64,000 nucleotides of DNA. It comes from Hemiscyllium ocellatum (Eukaryota). Below the pieces are notes generated by a model that was given only the letters and a program-made list of their open reading frames with translations, was not told where the DNA came from and made no database searches. A program made the position numbers and the translations under genes. Below, one piece after another: positions 12,290-23,769 of the stretch. The DNA is taken from assembly GCF_020745735.1 (NCBI RefSeq), contig NC_083437.1, forward strand, positions 30,628,001 through 30,692,000. Reading direction: 5' to 3'. Within the stretch, counting starts at the first letter, position 1. Each line of letters starts with the position of its first letter.

Positions 12290-14330
12290 TATTTATTGAC
12301 TTCCAGCTTCTGATGATGCCCCTCCCTATGGTTTCTGTTGTCTTTTGAGAAGAATATAGCTGTCTCCAACTCAGATGGGGGAGGCATTGTTTGTTTTTGA
12401 TCCCTGGATGAACTTGGTGTCTTTGGAAGAAGGTATGCCTCCAACAGATGAAGTATAATAAGTGGTGATCTGGACCACATCCCTGCAGGGGTCTGATTCT
12501 ATATATACAGCATAACAGTGATCATGAACTCTTAGTCAAACCCTCAGACATTTTTGCAAAAACTAGGGAAGAGACAGAAATGCCATCAGTTTTTCACATT
12601 TTAAGAAAAATCATAAATTAATCTGTGGGAATTTTACAGTTACATTCCTTCCATCAATAGTGGAGAAGATTATCACAAGAATCCTCTAGAATGACCTCTT
12701 ACCTCATAGCAAAGACATCCTTCCAGAGATCCAGTCTGGTTTCTGGCTATCTAGTTGAACCACAGATCTGATCTTTGTCACTGAATAAATCCAAGAAAAG
12801 TGTCTAGAATGAAGCAAAGAGCTCTGCAAGGTCTTAATTGATCTATCAAAGACCTTTGTCTCCATCAACTGCCAAAGCCTTTTGGAAAGTCTTCTGAAAA
12901 CTTGAATGTTCAGAAAAGAATTGTAACTGTTCTGAGATTGTTGCATGGCAGTACAACAGCAACTATTGCACGGGATTGACAATGAAACTATTTCGCACCC
13001 AGTTGGGCATCAAATAATGCTGTGCTAATGTGCCAATTCTAATCACTATCTCCCTCAGACTGGTGATGGAACTCATTTTTGACCAAAGTTCACATGGACC
13101 ATGACTGATTTTTTGACTTAATGAGAAACATTTCAACTTCAACTGGCTGACAGTCAAGTCTAAGTTGACCCTTCAGCATATCCAATACCAATGAGGACAC
13201 GTTATGGCCTACATTGTACGGGACATTGAGACCACCCTCCCCCTCTTCAACTCTGTCAATCAAATGAGTAGCCTCTTACTCAACATCAGCAAGATTCAAA
13301 TTTTTCACCATCACTAATGAGAGGTAGAGTTAGAGTTAATCATAACTTCCCTAGGATTGGGGTCTTTCAAAAGTAGGCGGTATATTTTTAAGGTGAAAGG
13401 AGAAAGATTTTAAAAAGATACGAGGGAGAAATTCTTTACACAGAGAGTTCACGTGTGGAATGAACTTCCTGAGGAAGTGGTTGATGCAAGTACAATTACA
13501 ATGTTTTGAAGACATTTGGATAGGTACATGAATAGGAAAGGTTTGGAGGGATATGGGCCAGGAGCAGGCAGGTGGGACTAATTGAGTTTGGGATTATTGT
13601 ATGTCCAGCATGGACTGGTTGGACTGAAGGGTCTGTTTCTACGCTGTATGACTATGACTCTCCTGGACAAGGAGCAATGTCTCCAGTTCCTGTTCTTGAA
13701 GACAGATTTCAGAAATGATTGAACACCACATACCTCAGCATATGCCTTTGTGGAACTTCATAGTGGAACTTCAGTAAACTATCAGATATACAGTGTAATT
13801 TTCCAGATAATGTGCACCAGGTCTTCAGCAAAACCCATCCCTGTACAAAGATAAAGGCTTTAATCACCACGCTGTTGTCACCATACTCCACATGGCAGTG
13901 GAACCTGGGCTTCCTCAGGGTGCTGGAGAATTTCTATTCAGTCTCTGCAAGATTCTCAAAGTCAAGTGGAAAGCAAGGCATTCCTCACCAAAGGCAATTC
14001 CATCAGCATTGAAACCATGCTCGTCCAAAATCAGTTTGACAGTCTGGACACTCCTCCCTGTTTCAATTCACCACAATGCAGCTTATCTTTTCACAATTTG
14101 AAGATAAGACCCAATCTCCAGGATGGAGAAAATATTCATTCTGAAGAGCAGGTTGGAAAGGAACAAATTGATATTGATGAATGAGGTTCTTGCCATAAAA
14201 CTGCATCATGTGCCAGCTCCTCAAACAACAAGCGACAACCCAGTCAGACACTGACAGCAAAAACTTTCTGCAGCGAATCGATGGGAGCAGTTGGAGAGAG
14301 GACAGAATCCTGGTTTGAGAACCCCAACCT
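12290..14330 (+). mobile_element. RTE-clade LINE remnant (RT through 3' end), interrupted by a CR1
   Basis: Decayed DILPEIQSGF..TTDLIFV..IQEKCLE...LIDLSKTF and SIETMLVQNQ motifs match RTE RT. Confidence 0.7.
13320..13662 (+). mobile_element. CR1 3' fragment
   Basis: WNELPEEVV region, CR1 3' UTR and ATGACT tail. Confidence 0.85.
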
Positions 14331-14429
14331 CTTCAGGGCTCTTCATGGTAAAGCAGCTGTGGCTCAGCGAATGATACCAAGAATAAAAGTCAGAAAGCTG
14401 ACGGACACCATCTTTGTTTAAAGGGATTG

Positions 14430-15380
14430 ATTGTTGACGAGTTTCTGGGGTAGATTACTGACCAGGTTTCCGGAGCAGATTATTGTCTGGGTTTCTCTGC
14501 TGATTCTGGATAAGTGGTGCTGGAAGAGCACAGCAGTTCAGGCAGCATCTGAGAAACAGTAAAATCGACGTTTCAGGCAAAAACTCTTCATCAGGAATAT
14601 AGGCTGATTAGTAACCAGGTTTCTGGAGCTGATTATTGGTTGGATTTTCTGTTTTAATTCTGAACTGGTGTCTGGGACTGTTTACTGACTGGGTTTCTAG
14701 TTTGATTACTGACTGAGTTTTTTGTGCTGATTGTTGACCACAGTCCTGAACTCATCAATGACCCAGCTTTCTGAACTGATTATCCACTGCGTTTCTGGGG
14801 CTGATTTGGATTGGGGGCTTTGAGCAGTGGGTGGCATGGTGGCTCAGTGATTAGCACTGCAGTCTCGCAGCAGTAGGGTCCCAGGTTCAATTCTAGCCTC
14901 GGGTGACTATCTGTGTGGAGTTTGCATGTTCTTCCTGTGTCTGCATGGGCTTCCTCCCACTTTCCAAAGACAGGTGAATTGGCTGTGCTAAATTGCCTGT
15001 AGTGTTAGGTGCATTGGTTAGAGTGAAATGGGTCTTGGTGGGTTACTCTTTGGAGGGTTGGTTGGGCCAAATGGGCCTGTTTCCACACTGTAGGGAATCT
15101 AATCTAATTAACTGGGTTTCTAAAATAATTAGTTACTGGGTTTTGTGGTTGATTCTTTTTTCCACTAAAGCTTTATTAAAGGGTCCTCTGGTGATCCAGT
15201 GGTAGTATCCCTGACCAAGAGACTTGAGTTCAAGCCCAACTGCTCCAGTGATGTGTAGTCATATGCCTGAACAGGTTAATTGGAAAAAAAATGACAATAA
15301 TAAAAAAAATGTTTTATTGTTTACCAGATTTTTTGAGCTGATTATTGACTGGGTTTGTGAGCTTCTTATTGATTATTGAC
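14430..15380. repeat. Degenerate ~23-24-bp tandem array (CTGATTATTGACTGGGTTTCTGGG-like), interrupted by transposons
   Basis: Recurrent GATTA(T/C)TGAC and GGGTTTCT words at a near-regular spacing. Confidence 0.6.
14829..15108 (+). mobile_element. HE1-type V-SINE
   Basis: TGGCTCAGTG A box, GGTTCAATTC B box, V-domain and (AATCT)n tail. Confidence 0.9.
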
Positions 15381-15456
15381 TGCTGTGGTTTTCCAGCACT
15401 ACTCTAAAGTAGACTCTGATCTCCAGCATCTGCAGTCCCCACTTTTGCCTGGGTTT

Positions 15457-17555
15457 CTCACCATCGAGCCAGCAGACAAGGGAGGTACGGTGGTAGTTTG
15501 GCGCACCGATTTTTATATTGCTGAGGCTAAACGCCAACTTGCGGACACCTCCTCCTACTGCCCCCTTGACCATGACACCACCTCCCACCACCAAATCATC
15601 ATCTCCCAGACCATCCAAAATCTCATCACCTCAGGAGATCTCCCAACCACTGCCTCCAACCTCATAGCCCACAACCCCGTTTCTACCTCCTGCCCAAAAT
15701 CCACAAACCTGACTGCCCTAGCCGACCCATTGTCTCAGCCTGGTCCTGCCCCACCGAACTCATTTCTGCATACCTTGACACGGTTCTGTCCCCCTTAGTC
15801 CAAGAACTCCCCACCTATGTTCGGGACACCACCCACGCCCTCCACCTCCTCCATGATTTTCGCTTCCCCGTCCCCCAACGCCTTATCTTCACCATGGACA
15901 TCTAGTCCCTATACACCTCCATTCCCCCATCACGAAGGCCTCAAAGCCCTCCACTTCTTCTTTTCCCACCGAACCAACCAGTATCCTTCCACTGACACCC
16001 TCCTTTGACTGACTGAACTGGTCCTCACTCTGAACAACTTCTCTTTCCAATCCTCTCACTTCCTTCAAACCAAAAGAGTAGCCATGGGCACCCACATAGG
16101 GCCCAGCTATGCCTGCCTCTTCGTTGGATATGTGGAACAGTCCATCTTCCGCAGCTACACTGGCACCACACCCCACCTTTTCCTCCGCTACATCGATGAC
16201 TGTATTGGCGCTACCTCGTGCTCCCACGAGGAGGTTGAACAGTTCATCCACTTTACTAACACCTTCCACCCTAATCTCAAATTTACCTGGACCGTCTCAG
16301 ACTCCTCCCTCCCCTTCCTATACCTCTCCATTTCTATCTCGGATGACCGACTCAACACGGACGTTTACTATAAAGCGACTGACTCCCACAGCTACCTAGA
16401 TTACACCTCCTCCCACCTTGCTCCTTGTAAAAACGCCATCCCATATTCCCAATTCCTTCGCCTTCGCCGCATCTGCTCCCAGGAGGACCAATTCCAATAC
16501 TGAACAACCCAGATGGCCTCCTTCTTCAAAGACCGCAATTTCCCCTCAGACGTGGTTGACGATGCCCTCCACCGCATCTCCTCCACTTCCCGCTCCTCCG
16601 CCCTTGAACCCCACCCCTCCAACCGCCACCAGGACAGAACCTCACTGGTCCTCACCTACCACCCCACAAACCTCCACATACATCATATCATCCTTCGTCA
16701 TTTCCGCCACCTCCAAATAGACCCCACCACCAAGGATATATTTTCCTCCCCTCCCCTATCAGCATTCCGGAAAGACCACTCCCTCCGCGACTCCCTCGTC
16801 AGATCCACACCCCCCACCAACCCAACCTCCACTCCCGGCACCTTCCCCTGCAACCGCAAGAAATGCAAAACTTGCACCCGCACCTCCCCCCTCACTTCCC
16901 TCCAAGGCCCCAAGGGATCCTTTCATATCCGTCAGAAATTCACCTGCACCTCCACACACATCATTTACTGCATCCGCTGCACCCGATGTGGCCTTCTCTA
17001 CATTGGGGAAACAGGCCGTCTACTTGCGGAACGTTTCAGAGAACACCTCTGGGACACCCGCACCAACCAACCCAACCGCCCCATGGCTGAACACTTCAAC
17101 TCCCCCTCCCAATCCACCAAAGACATGCAGGTCCTTGGACTCCTCCATCGCCAGACCATGGCCTCACGATGCCTGGAGGAAGAGTGCCTCATCTTCCGCC
17201 TAGGAACCCTCCAACCACAAGAGATGAATGCAGATTTCTCCAGCTTCCTCATTTCCCCTCCCCCCACCTTATCTCAGTCCCAACCCTTGGACTCAGCAAC
17301 GCCTTCTTGACCTGCAATCTTCTTCCTGATCTCTCCACCCGCACCCCCTCTCCAGTCTATCACCCTCACCTTAACCTCCTTCCACTTATTGTATTCCCAA
17401 TGCCCCCGCCCAAGTCCCTCCTCCCTACCTTTTATCTTAGTCTGCTTGGCACACCCTCCTCATTCCTGAAGAAGGGTTTATACCGGAACCGTCGATTCTC
17501 CTTCTCCTTGGATGCTGCCTGACCTGCTGCGCTTTTTCAGCAGCACATTTTTAAG
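15457..17555 (+). mobile_element. Penelope-like element (Neptune-type RT + GIY-YIG endonuclease), 5'-truncated and disrupted
   Basis: PADKGG, MGTHIGPSYACLF, RYIDD, YSQFLRLRRICS, Cys-rich linker CNRKKCKTC, IIYCIRCTRCGLLYIGETGR..RFREH; frameshifts and a TGA at 16501; terminal repeat with a degenerate hammerhead at ~17466-17493. Confidence 0.95.
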
Positions 17556-17574
17556 CTGAGTTTCTTATCAATGA

Positions 17575-17735
17575 TAAAGACTGAAAGAACTGCGGATGGT
17601 GGAAATCAGAAACAAAAACAAAAGTTGCTGAAAAGGCTCACTAGGCCTGGCAGCATCTGTGCAGAGAAATCAGAGTTAACATTTCGGCTCTGGTGACTCT
17701 CCCTGAGAACTCTGAGCTTTCCCAGCAGTTTCAAT
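17575..17735. mobile_element. Mini-element family C (other copies ~5335-5420, 5545-5660, 7700-7790, 10320-10550, 35145-35290, 40262-40500, 44245-44380, 54808-54902, 59978-60365, 60770-60985)
   Basis: Shared TGCTGGA.AA.CTCAGCAGGTCTGGCAGCATCTGTG.AGAGAAA.CAGAGTTAAC arm; several copies are foldback with CTGA.GAAG.GTCACTGGAC.C.AAAC.TTAAC at the apex. Confidence 0.7.
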
Positions 17736-17736
17736 C

Positions 17737-18549
17737 TTATTGATTGTGTGGGGGTGATTATTGATTATGTGGGGTTGATTATTGATTGTGTGGGGGTCAT
17801 TATTGATTGTGTAGGGTTGATTATTGATTATGTGGAGGTGATTATTGATTATGTGGGGTTGATTATTGATTATGTGAAGGTGATTATTGATTGTGTGGGG
17901 GTCATTATTGATTGTGTGGGGTTGATTATTGATTATGTGGGGGTGATTATTGATTATGTGAAGGTGATTATTGATTGTGTGGGGGTCATTATTGATTGTG
18001 TGGGGTTGATTATTGATTATGTGGGGGTGATTATTGATTATGTGGAGGTGATTATTGATTGCGTCGGGGTGATTATTGATTGTGTGGGGGTGATTATTGA
18101 TTGTGTGGGGGTGATTATTGATTATGTGGGGGTGATTATTGATTATGTGGAGGTGATTATTGATTGTGTGGGGGTCATTATTGATTATGTGGGGGTGATT
18201 ATTGATTATGTGGAGGTGATTATTGATTGTGTGGGGGTCATTATTGATTATGTGGAGGTGATTATTGATTATGTGGAGGTGATTATTGATTGTGTGGGGG
18301 TCATTATTGATTATGTGGGGGTGATTATTGATTATGTGGAGGTGATTATTGATTGTGTGGGGGTCATTATTGATTATGTGGAGGTGATTATTGATTGTGT
18401 GGGGGTCATTATTGATTGTGTCGGGGTGATTATTGATTGTGTGGGGGTGATTATTGATTATGTGGAGGTGATTATTGATTATGTGGGGGTCATTATTGAT
18501 TGTGTGGGGGTCATTATTGATTGTGTGGGGGTGATTATTGATTATTGAT
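17737..18549. repeat. 21-bp minisatellite (GGGGTGATTATTGATT(G/A)TGTG), about 38 copies
   Basis: Directly visible; produces the spurious (GVIIDCV)n ORF. Confidence 0.98.
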
Positions 18550-18559
18550 GGGGTTTGTT

Positions 18560-18850
18560 TGTCCTCCGGGCACCAGGTGGCGGTGTTTCTGGATCCCCGC
18601 TGGGATTACACGCCCCGGTGCCCGCTGCAGGCTCTGGCCCGGCCCCCGGGTGTCCTCCTGGGCTCGCGGGCCGAGAGCAATCGCTGCCGGCGCCTGGGGA
18701 ACGGCGCTGCGGCCTAGTGTTACCCCGAGGCCCGGCGAGGTTCGGGATGGCCTCGGCGTCGTTTTAAACCGGATTATTCAGGAGGTGAGGCCATTCGTCC
18801 CAACGGCCCCGGAGCAGGTGGCTCACCCCCCCCCCCGGGGGGGCGGGATA
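18560..18850 (+). promoter_or_regulatory. PEX10: CpG island: probable PEX10 promoter and non-coding first exon (donor GAG|GTGAGG after 18784)
   Basis: Only strongly CpG-rich unique segment upstream of the PEX10 ATG; the ATG exon is preceded by a pyrimidine tract and CAG acceptor at 21301-21303. Confidence 0.65.
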
Positions 18851-18919
18851 AGGGGGTAAGACAGGGAGGGGTTTGGTGGAGTGAACGGTGTGAGGGACAA
18901 GAGGGTAAGGGCTGGAGGG

Positions 18920-19090
18920 GGTTGAGGGGGTGGATGGGAATGGGGTTGAGGGGGGGATGGGAATGGGGTTGGGGGGGGGATGGGAATGGGGTTGGGGAGG
19001 GGATGGGAATGGGGTTGGGGAGGGGATGGGAATGGGGTTGGGGAGGGGATGGGAATGGGGTTGGGGCGGATGGGAATGGGGTTGGGGGTG
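18920..19090 (+). repeat. G-rich ~22-bp tandem repeat (GGGGATGGGAATGGGGTTGGGG) within a longer G-rich tract to ~19365
   Basis: Directly visible runs of G3 or longer. Confidence 0.9.
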
Positions 19091-19371
19091 GTGAGAGGGG
19101 TAGGAGAGGAGGGAGCTGGGTGAGGAGGAAACGAGGGGGGTATCAGGGCATTTGAGAGGGGGGATGGGGTAGGAGAGAGGAGGGTGAAGAAAGAGAGGGT
19201 TAAGCGAGAGGGAGTGTGGGGGTAAAGTGGGCTAAGAGGGGGTGGAGTGTGGGAGGGAGGTGTAGTGACAGTGAGTATGTAGGGGATGCTGAGTCGGGGG
19301 TGGTGAGCATGTGAGCTGAGAAATGTGGGGGAGCGATGATGAGTGTTGGGGGGGGGGGTGTAGTGAGACAA

Positions 19372-21087
19372 AAGATGGAAAATTATAGGCCAATTAGCCT
19401 AACCTCGGTTGTTGGTAAAATTCTGGAATCCATCATTAAGGATGAGGTTTCTAAATTCTTGGAAGAGCAGAGTATTAGATTAGATTAGATTACTTACAGT
19501 GTGGAAACAGGCCCTTCAGCCCAACAAGTCCACACCGACCCGCCGAAGCGCAACCCACCCATACCCCTACATATACCCCTTACCTAACACTATGGGCAAT
19601 TTAGCATGGCCAATTCACCTGACCCGCACATCTTTGGACTGTGGGAGGAAACCGGAGCACACCCACGCAGACACGGGGAGAACGTGCAAACTCCACACAG
19701 TCAGTCGCCTGAGTCGGGAATTGAACCCAGGTCCCTGGTGCTGTGAGGCAGCAGTGCTAACCACTGTGCCACCGTGCCACTATTAAACCTGATTAGAACA
19801 AGTCAACATGGATTTAGTAAGGGGAGGTCATGCCTGACAAACCTGTTGGAATTCTTTGAAGAGGTGACAAGTAGGTTAGACCAGGGAAACCCAGTGGATG
19901 CGGTCTATCTAGACTTCCAAAAGGCCTTTGATAAGGTTCCACACGGGAGGCTGCTGAGCAAGGTGAGAGCCCATGGTGTTCGAGGTGAGCTGCTGGGATG
20001 GATTGAAATTGGCTGTCTAACAGAAGGCAGAGAGTTGGGATAAAAGGTTCTTTTTCAGAATGGTAGCCGGTGACAAGTGGTGTCCCGCAGGGTTCAGAGT
20101 TGGGGGCCACAGCTATTCGCATTATATATTAATGATTTGGATGACGGGACTGGGGACATTCTAGCGAAGTTTGCTGATGATACGAAGTTAGGTGGACAGG
20201 CAGGTAGTACTGAGGAAGTGGGGAGGCTACAGAAGGATCTAGACAGGTTGGGAGAGTGGTCCAGGAAATGGCTGATGGAATTTAACGTGAACAAGTGCGA
20301 GGTCTTGCGCTTTGGCAAAAAGAATAAAAGCATAGACTACTTTCTAAATGGTGAGAAAATTAGTAAAGCCAAAGTACAAAGGGATCTGGGAGTGCTAGTC
20401 GAGGATTCTCTAAAGGTAAACATGCAGGTTGAGTCCGTGATTAAGAAAGCGAATGCAATGTTGTCTCTTATCGCAAGATGGTTGGAATATAAAAGCACCG
20501 TTGTGCTACTGAGACTTTATAAAGCTCTGGTTAGGCCCCATTTGGAGTACTGTGTCCAGTTTTGGTCCCCACACCTCAGGAAGGACATACTGGCACTGGA
20601 ACGTGTCCAGCGGAGATTCACACGGATGATCCCTGGAATGGCAGGTCTAACATATGAGGAACGGCTGAGGATCCTGGGATTATATTCATTGGAGTTCAGA
20701 AGATTAAGGGGAGACTTAATAGAGACGTACAAGATAATACATGGCTTGGAAAGGGTGGACGCTAGAAAATTGTTTCCATTAGGCGAGGAGACTAGGACCC
20801 GTGGACACAGCCTTAGATTTAGAGGGGGTAAATTCAGAACAGAAATGCAGAGACATTTCTTCAGCCAGAGGGTGGTGGGCCTGTGGAATTCATTGCCACG
20901 GAATGCAATAGAGGCCGGAACGCTAAATGTCTTCAAGGCCGAGATTGATAGATTCTTGTTGTCTCGAGGAATTAAGGGCTACGGGGAGAACGCTGGTAAG
21001 TGGAGTTGAAATGCCCATCAGCCATGATTGAATGGCGGAGTGGACTTGATGGGCCGAATGGCCTTACTTCGACTCCTATGTCTTATG
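19372..21087 (+). mobile_element. Young 5'-truncated CR1 LINE (RT domain largely open)
   Basis: NYRPISLTS, SQHGFSKGRSCLTNL, YLDFQKAFDKVPH, FADD, LEYCVQFWSP; 310-aa ORF at 20077-21009; CR1 3' UTR. Confidence 0.95.
19474..19780 (-). mobile_element. HE1-type V-SINE nested in the CR1
   Basis: Near-identical to copies at 49602 and 60063; splits the CR1 peptide EEQS|LIRTSQHG. Confidence 0.95.
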
Positions 21088-21314
21088 GAGTCAGGGCTTG
21101 CGTCATGAGTGTAGGGGGTCCTCCGGTATGGGAAGAAAGAGAGTGTGAGGGAGGGTGGTGAGTGCGGTGGGCTCTCGGTGGATGGACAGTGAACCTAGGG
21201 GAGCAGCACATGGTCTCGGGAAACATTGTTGCTAATGTAAGCCTGAGTGCAGCATCTCTAGAAGAACAGTGCTGGTGGGTTAATGGTCTTGTTCCTTTTA
21301 CAGCAGCGTTTGCA

Positions 21315-21426
21315 ATGCCCATCTTACCTGTGCTCCAGCCTCAGCTGATCCGCTCAAACCAGAAGGATGAGTACTACCTGAACTCTCTGCGAAGCTACGC
21401 TAATGAGATTTTCCAGATCTTTGCTG
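21315..21426 (+). CDS. PEX10: Peroxisome biogenesis factor 10, coding exon 1 (112 nt)
   Basis: MPILPVLQPQLIRSNQKDEYYLNSLRSYANEIFQIFA(G); conserved IRxxQKDEYY; donor G|GTGAG. Confidence 0.95.
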
Positions 21427-21610
21427 GTGAGACCGTGCATCTGTGCACTAAGGGATTGAGGGCCTCTGATACACAAGGCTTCAGCCTAGCCAGAACCGTT
21501 GAACTTTCTGCATATAAAACCTATTTCCTTTCGTACATCTCATCTGTCAGTGTCCTGGTTTAAGATTCATCCACCGGCATCATTAACAACAGCCTTTTTA
21601 CTTGTACAAG

Positions 21611-21756
21611 AGCGGAAAATGTGTTGCTGGAAAAGCGCAGCATAAACCCGAAACGTCGACTCTCCTGCTCCTTGGATGCTGCCTGACCTGCTGCGCTTTT
21701 CCAGCAACACATTTTCAGCTCTGATCTCCAGCGTCTGCAGTCCTCACTTTCTCCTC
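21611..21756. mobile_element. Family A mini-element in a PEX10 intron
   Basis: Short inverted arm plus CCCGAAACGTCG...GATGCTGCCTGACCTGCTGCGC terminal-repeat sequence. Confidence 0.8.
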
Positions 21757-22033
21757 ACAAAGTACAAACAAGCCAACAAATAAAAATCAAGAGCAGGCAG
21801 CTTTGATCTGAATTGTTGGGGATTTTTGTCCAAATGTGATCACTTGATTGTATTTTAGATGACTTGTGTTTGAACTTTTCTGTGAAGATAATTTCATTGA
21901 TAAGTTTGTTAAATGCCACCTAATTCTTGGGTCCGAGCAATGGATGCAGTTTGCCTTCCATTCCCTCCCCTCCACCTTCCTTATTCTCCTGCAAGTAGAC
22001 AGATATAGAACTAATTTGCCTGTTTACATACAG

Positions 22034-22114
22034 GTGCTAAGCGATGGCTGGAATGGAAGAAGGAGATTGAGTTACTGGCAGACCTGACATACTTTCTTCT
22101 AACAACCTTGGCAG
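22034..22114 (+). CDS. PEX10: PEX10 coding exon 2 (81 nt)
   Basis: [26 protein letters not shown](G); AG/GT boundaries, phase 1-1. Confidence 0.95.
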
Positions 22115-22956
22115 GTAGGCTCTATTATTACTGGATACTACCTTGGTTCCTTTTGTAAGCAAATGCTATTCCCGCCTCTCATTATACCTTTGTTTACCAC
22201 TTGAATCTGTCTAGCAGACAGCTCTATCTGCTCCATGTCACCCTCTTTTTTTTTGCGCGCTTTTATTTGTTTGGCTACCTTTCCATTTCTTAAAAGTTCC
22301 TTATCCATCTGCCTCTGCCTAGCATCTGCAAGTATGTGTACACATTGTCTCCTTCTTTCAAACAATTAACTCTCCCCTTTCCTCTTCGATTGTTTCTCTT
22401 ACAGTCCATATTTGTGACATTGGCACACTGTACCATCTCAACTACTTTCTCCCAGCCTGAAATTCAAGACCAAATCCTCTTAATTATATTTCCAGTCTCT
22501 GTCTGTAGGCACTTTACAAATCTGCAGACTGGAGTCTTCGTTATGTGAGAAATCATACTGTTTCCATTAGATTGTCATGGAGGACACTGTCATGAGATGA
22601 ATACACCCTTTATATCCCTAAGTTGATCACCAATTTATGCTGTTCTTAAGCTGTGCCAGGTGTAATGGTAAACAAACAAAATTGGGGTCAGATTGGAAGG
22701 AATATGGGAACAGACTGTGGCCATTCGCACCTCAAGCCTGCTCTGCTGTCTCATACAATAGTGTATGGGTGGGGTATGATCCCATTTCAGTTAAGAAGTT
22801 CTTAACATGTCCAACCATCATTCCAATTTTCAAAAATAATTGATTACACTATTGTGACTATTTGTGGACTTTTCCCTATTTGAAGTTGTTATATAAATAC
22901 AAGTTTGTTGTAGTAATTGAATTTCTGGCTGACCATTCTGATGCTTGACTGCCCAG

Positions 22957-23354
22957 GTTACCAGACACTAGGTGAGGAGTATGTCAACATCATCCAGGTT
23001 GACTCCAGTGGGCAGCGGGTGCCTTCCTCTGCCAGACGGGCAGTGCTCATTGTCCTTCACACCTGCATTCCTTACGTGCTGGATCGAGGACTGAACCGTC
23101 TAGAGCAGAATCTGCAGGCAGAGAGCGAGAGATCCCAGGCACCAGATCACAGAAACTTACCAATAAGGCCAGGAGTCTCATACTGGCTGCAGGAGGCAAT
23201 CAGTACCTTGACTGAGCAGCAGAAAAAGGTGTTACTGCAGACTATCTATATCCTGCGACAGGCAACCTCCTTACTCCACCGTCTGCACCTGGGCATCTTC
23301 TATCTCAATGGAGCTTTCTACCACATAGCTAAAAGATTCACCAGGATCACTTAT
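22957..23354 (+). CDS. PEX10: PEX10 coding exon 3 (398 nt)
   Basis: YQTLGEEYVNIIQV...LHRLHLGIFYLNGAFYHIAKRFTRITY; TLGEEY signature; AG / GTAAGT. Confidence 0.97.
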
Positions 23355-23489
23355 GTAAGTCCTTTGTGTCCATTCCTTTAAAAACAGTAGTTAAATAGGT
23401 ATATTACTGCACTGTATGATAGAGTAACAACTGTATGTTGCAGAAAATAAGGGACCTTGTGCCTCTGGGGCAATGTGTATATAGGCAGA

Positions 23490-23655
23490 AGTGGGTACTG
23501 TAGATGCTTGAAATCAGAGTCTAGATTAGAGTGGTGTTGGAAAAGTACAGCAGGTCAGGCAGCATCTGAAGAGCAGGAAAATCGACGTTTTGGGCAAAAG
23601 CCCTTCACCAGGAGTAAAGGCAGGGAGCCTCCAGCATGGAGAGATAAATGGGAGG
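23490..23655 (-). mobile_element. Family A / PLE terminal fragment in a PEX10 intron
   Basis: Terminal-repeat arm with a degenerate hammerhead at 23584-23611. Confidence 0.75.
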
Positions 23656-23769
23656 GCTTTGTAGACTCCAATGGATATGAAAGATCAGTGTAGTCTGTGT
23701 TTATTTCAGTGCTAATATTCCACTGAATAGTTTGCTGATTGTTCCTCATGTTGTTTTACTGCTGTGTAG

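Noticed and set aside
17748-18548. 266-aa ORF of (GVIIDCV/YV)n
   Set aside because: Translation of a 21-bp minisatellite whose unit is a multiple of 3; GTG start; no gene context.
17737-18549. CRISPR-like array
   Set aside because: Contiguous tandem units with no unique spacers, no cas genes, and a eukaryotic genome.
18823-19371. Pro-rich 182-aa and Gly/Trp-rich ORFs
   Set aside because: By-products of the G-rich low-complexity tract.
20077-21009. 310-aa RT ORF as a domesticated gene
   Set aside because: It is the 3' part of a truncated CR1 with upstream frameshifts, a stop and a SINE insertion; youth explains the open frame.
21162-21563. ORF-track extensions of PEX10 and RER1 exons (also 22917-23381 and 32396-32620)
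   Set aside because: Read-through into introns; true boundaries are set by AG/GT sites and frame continuity.
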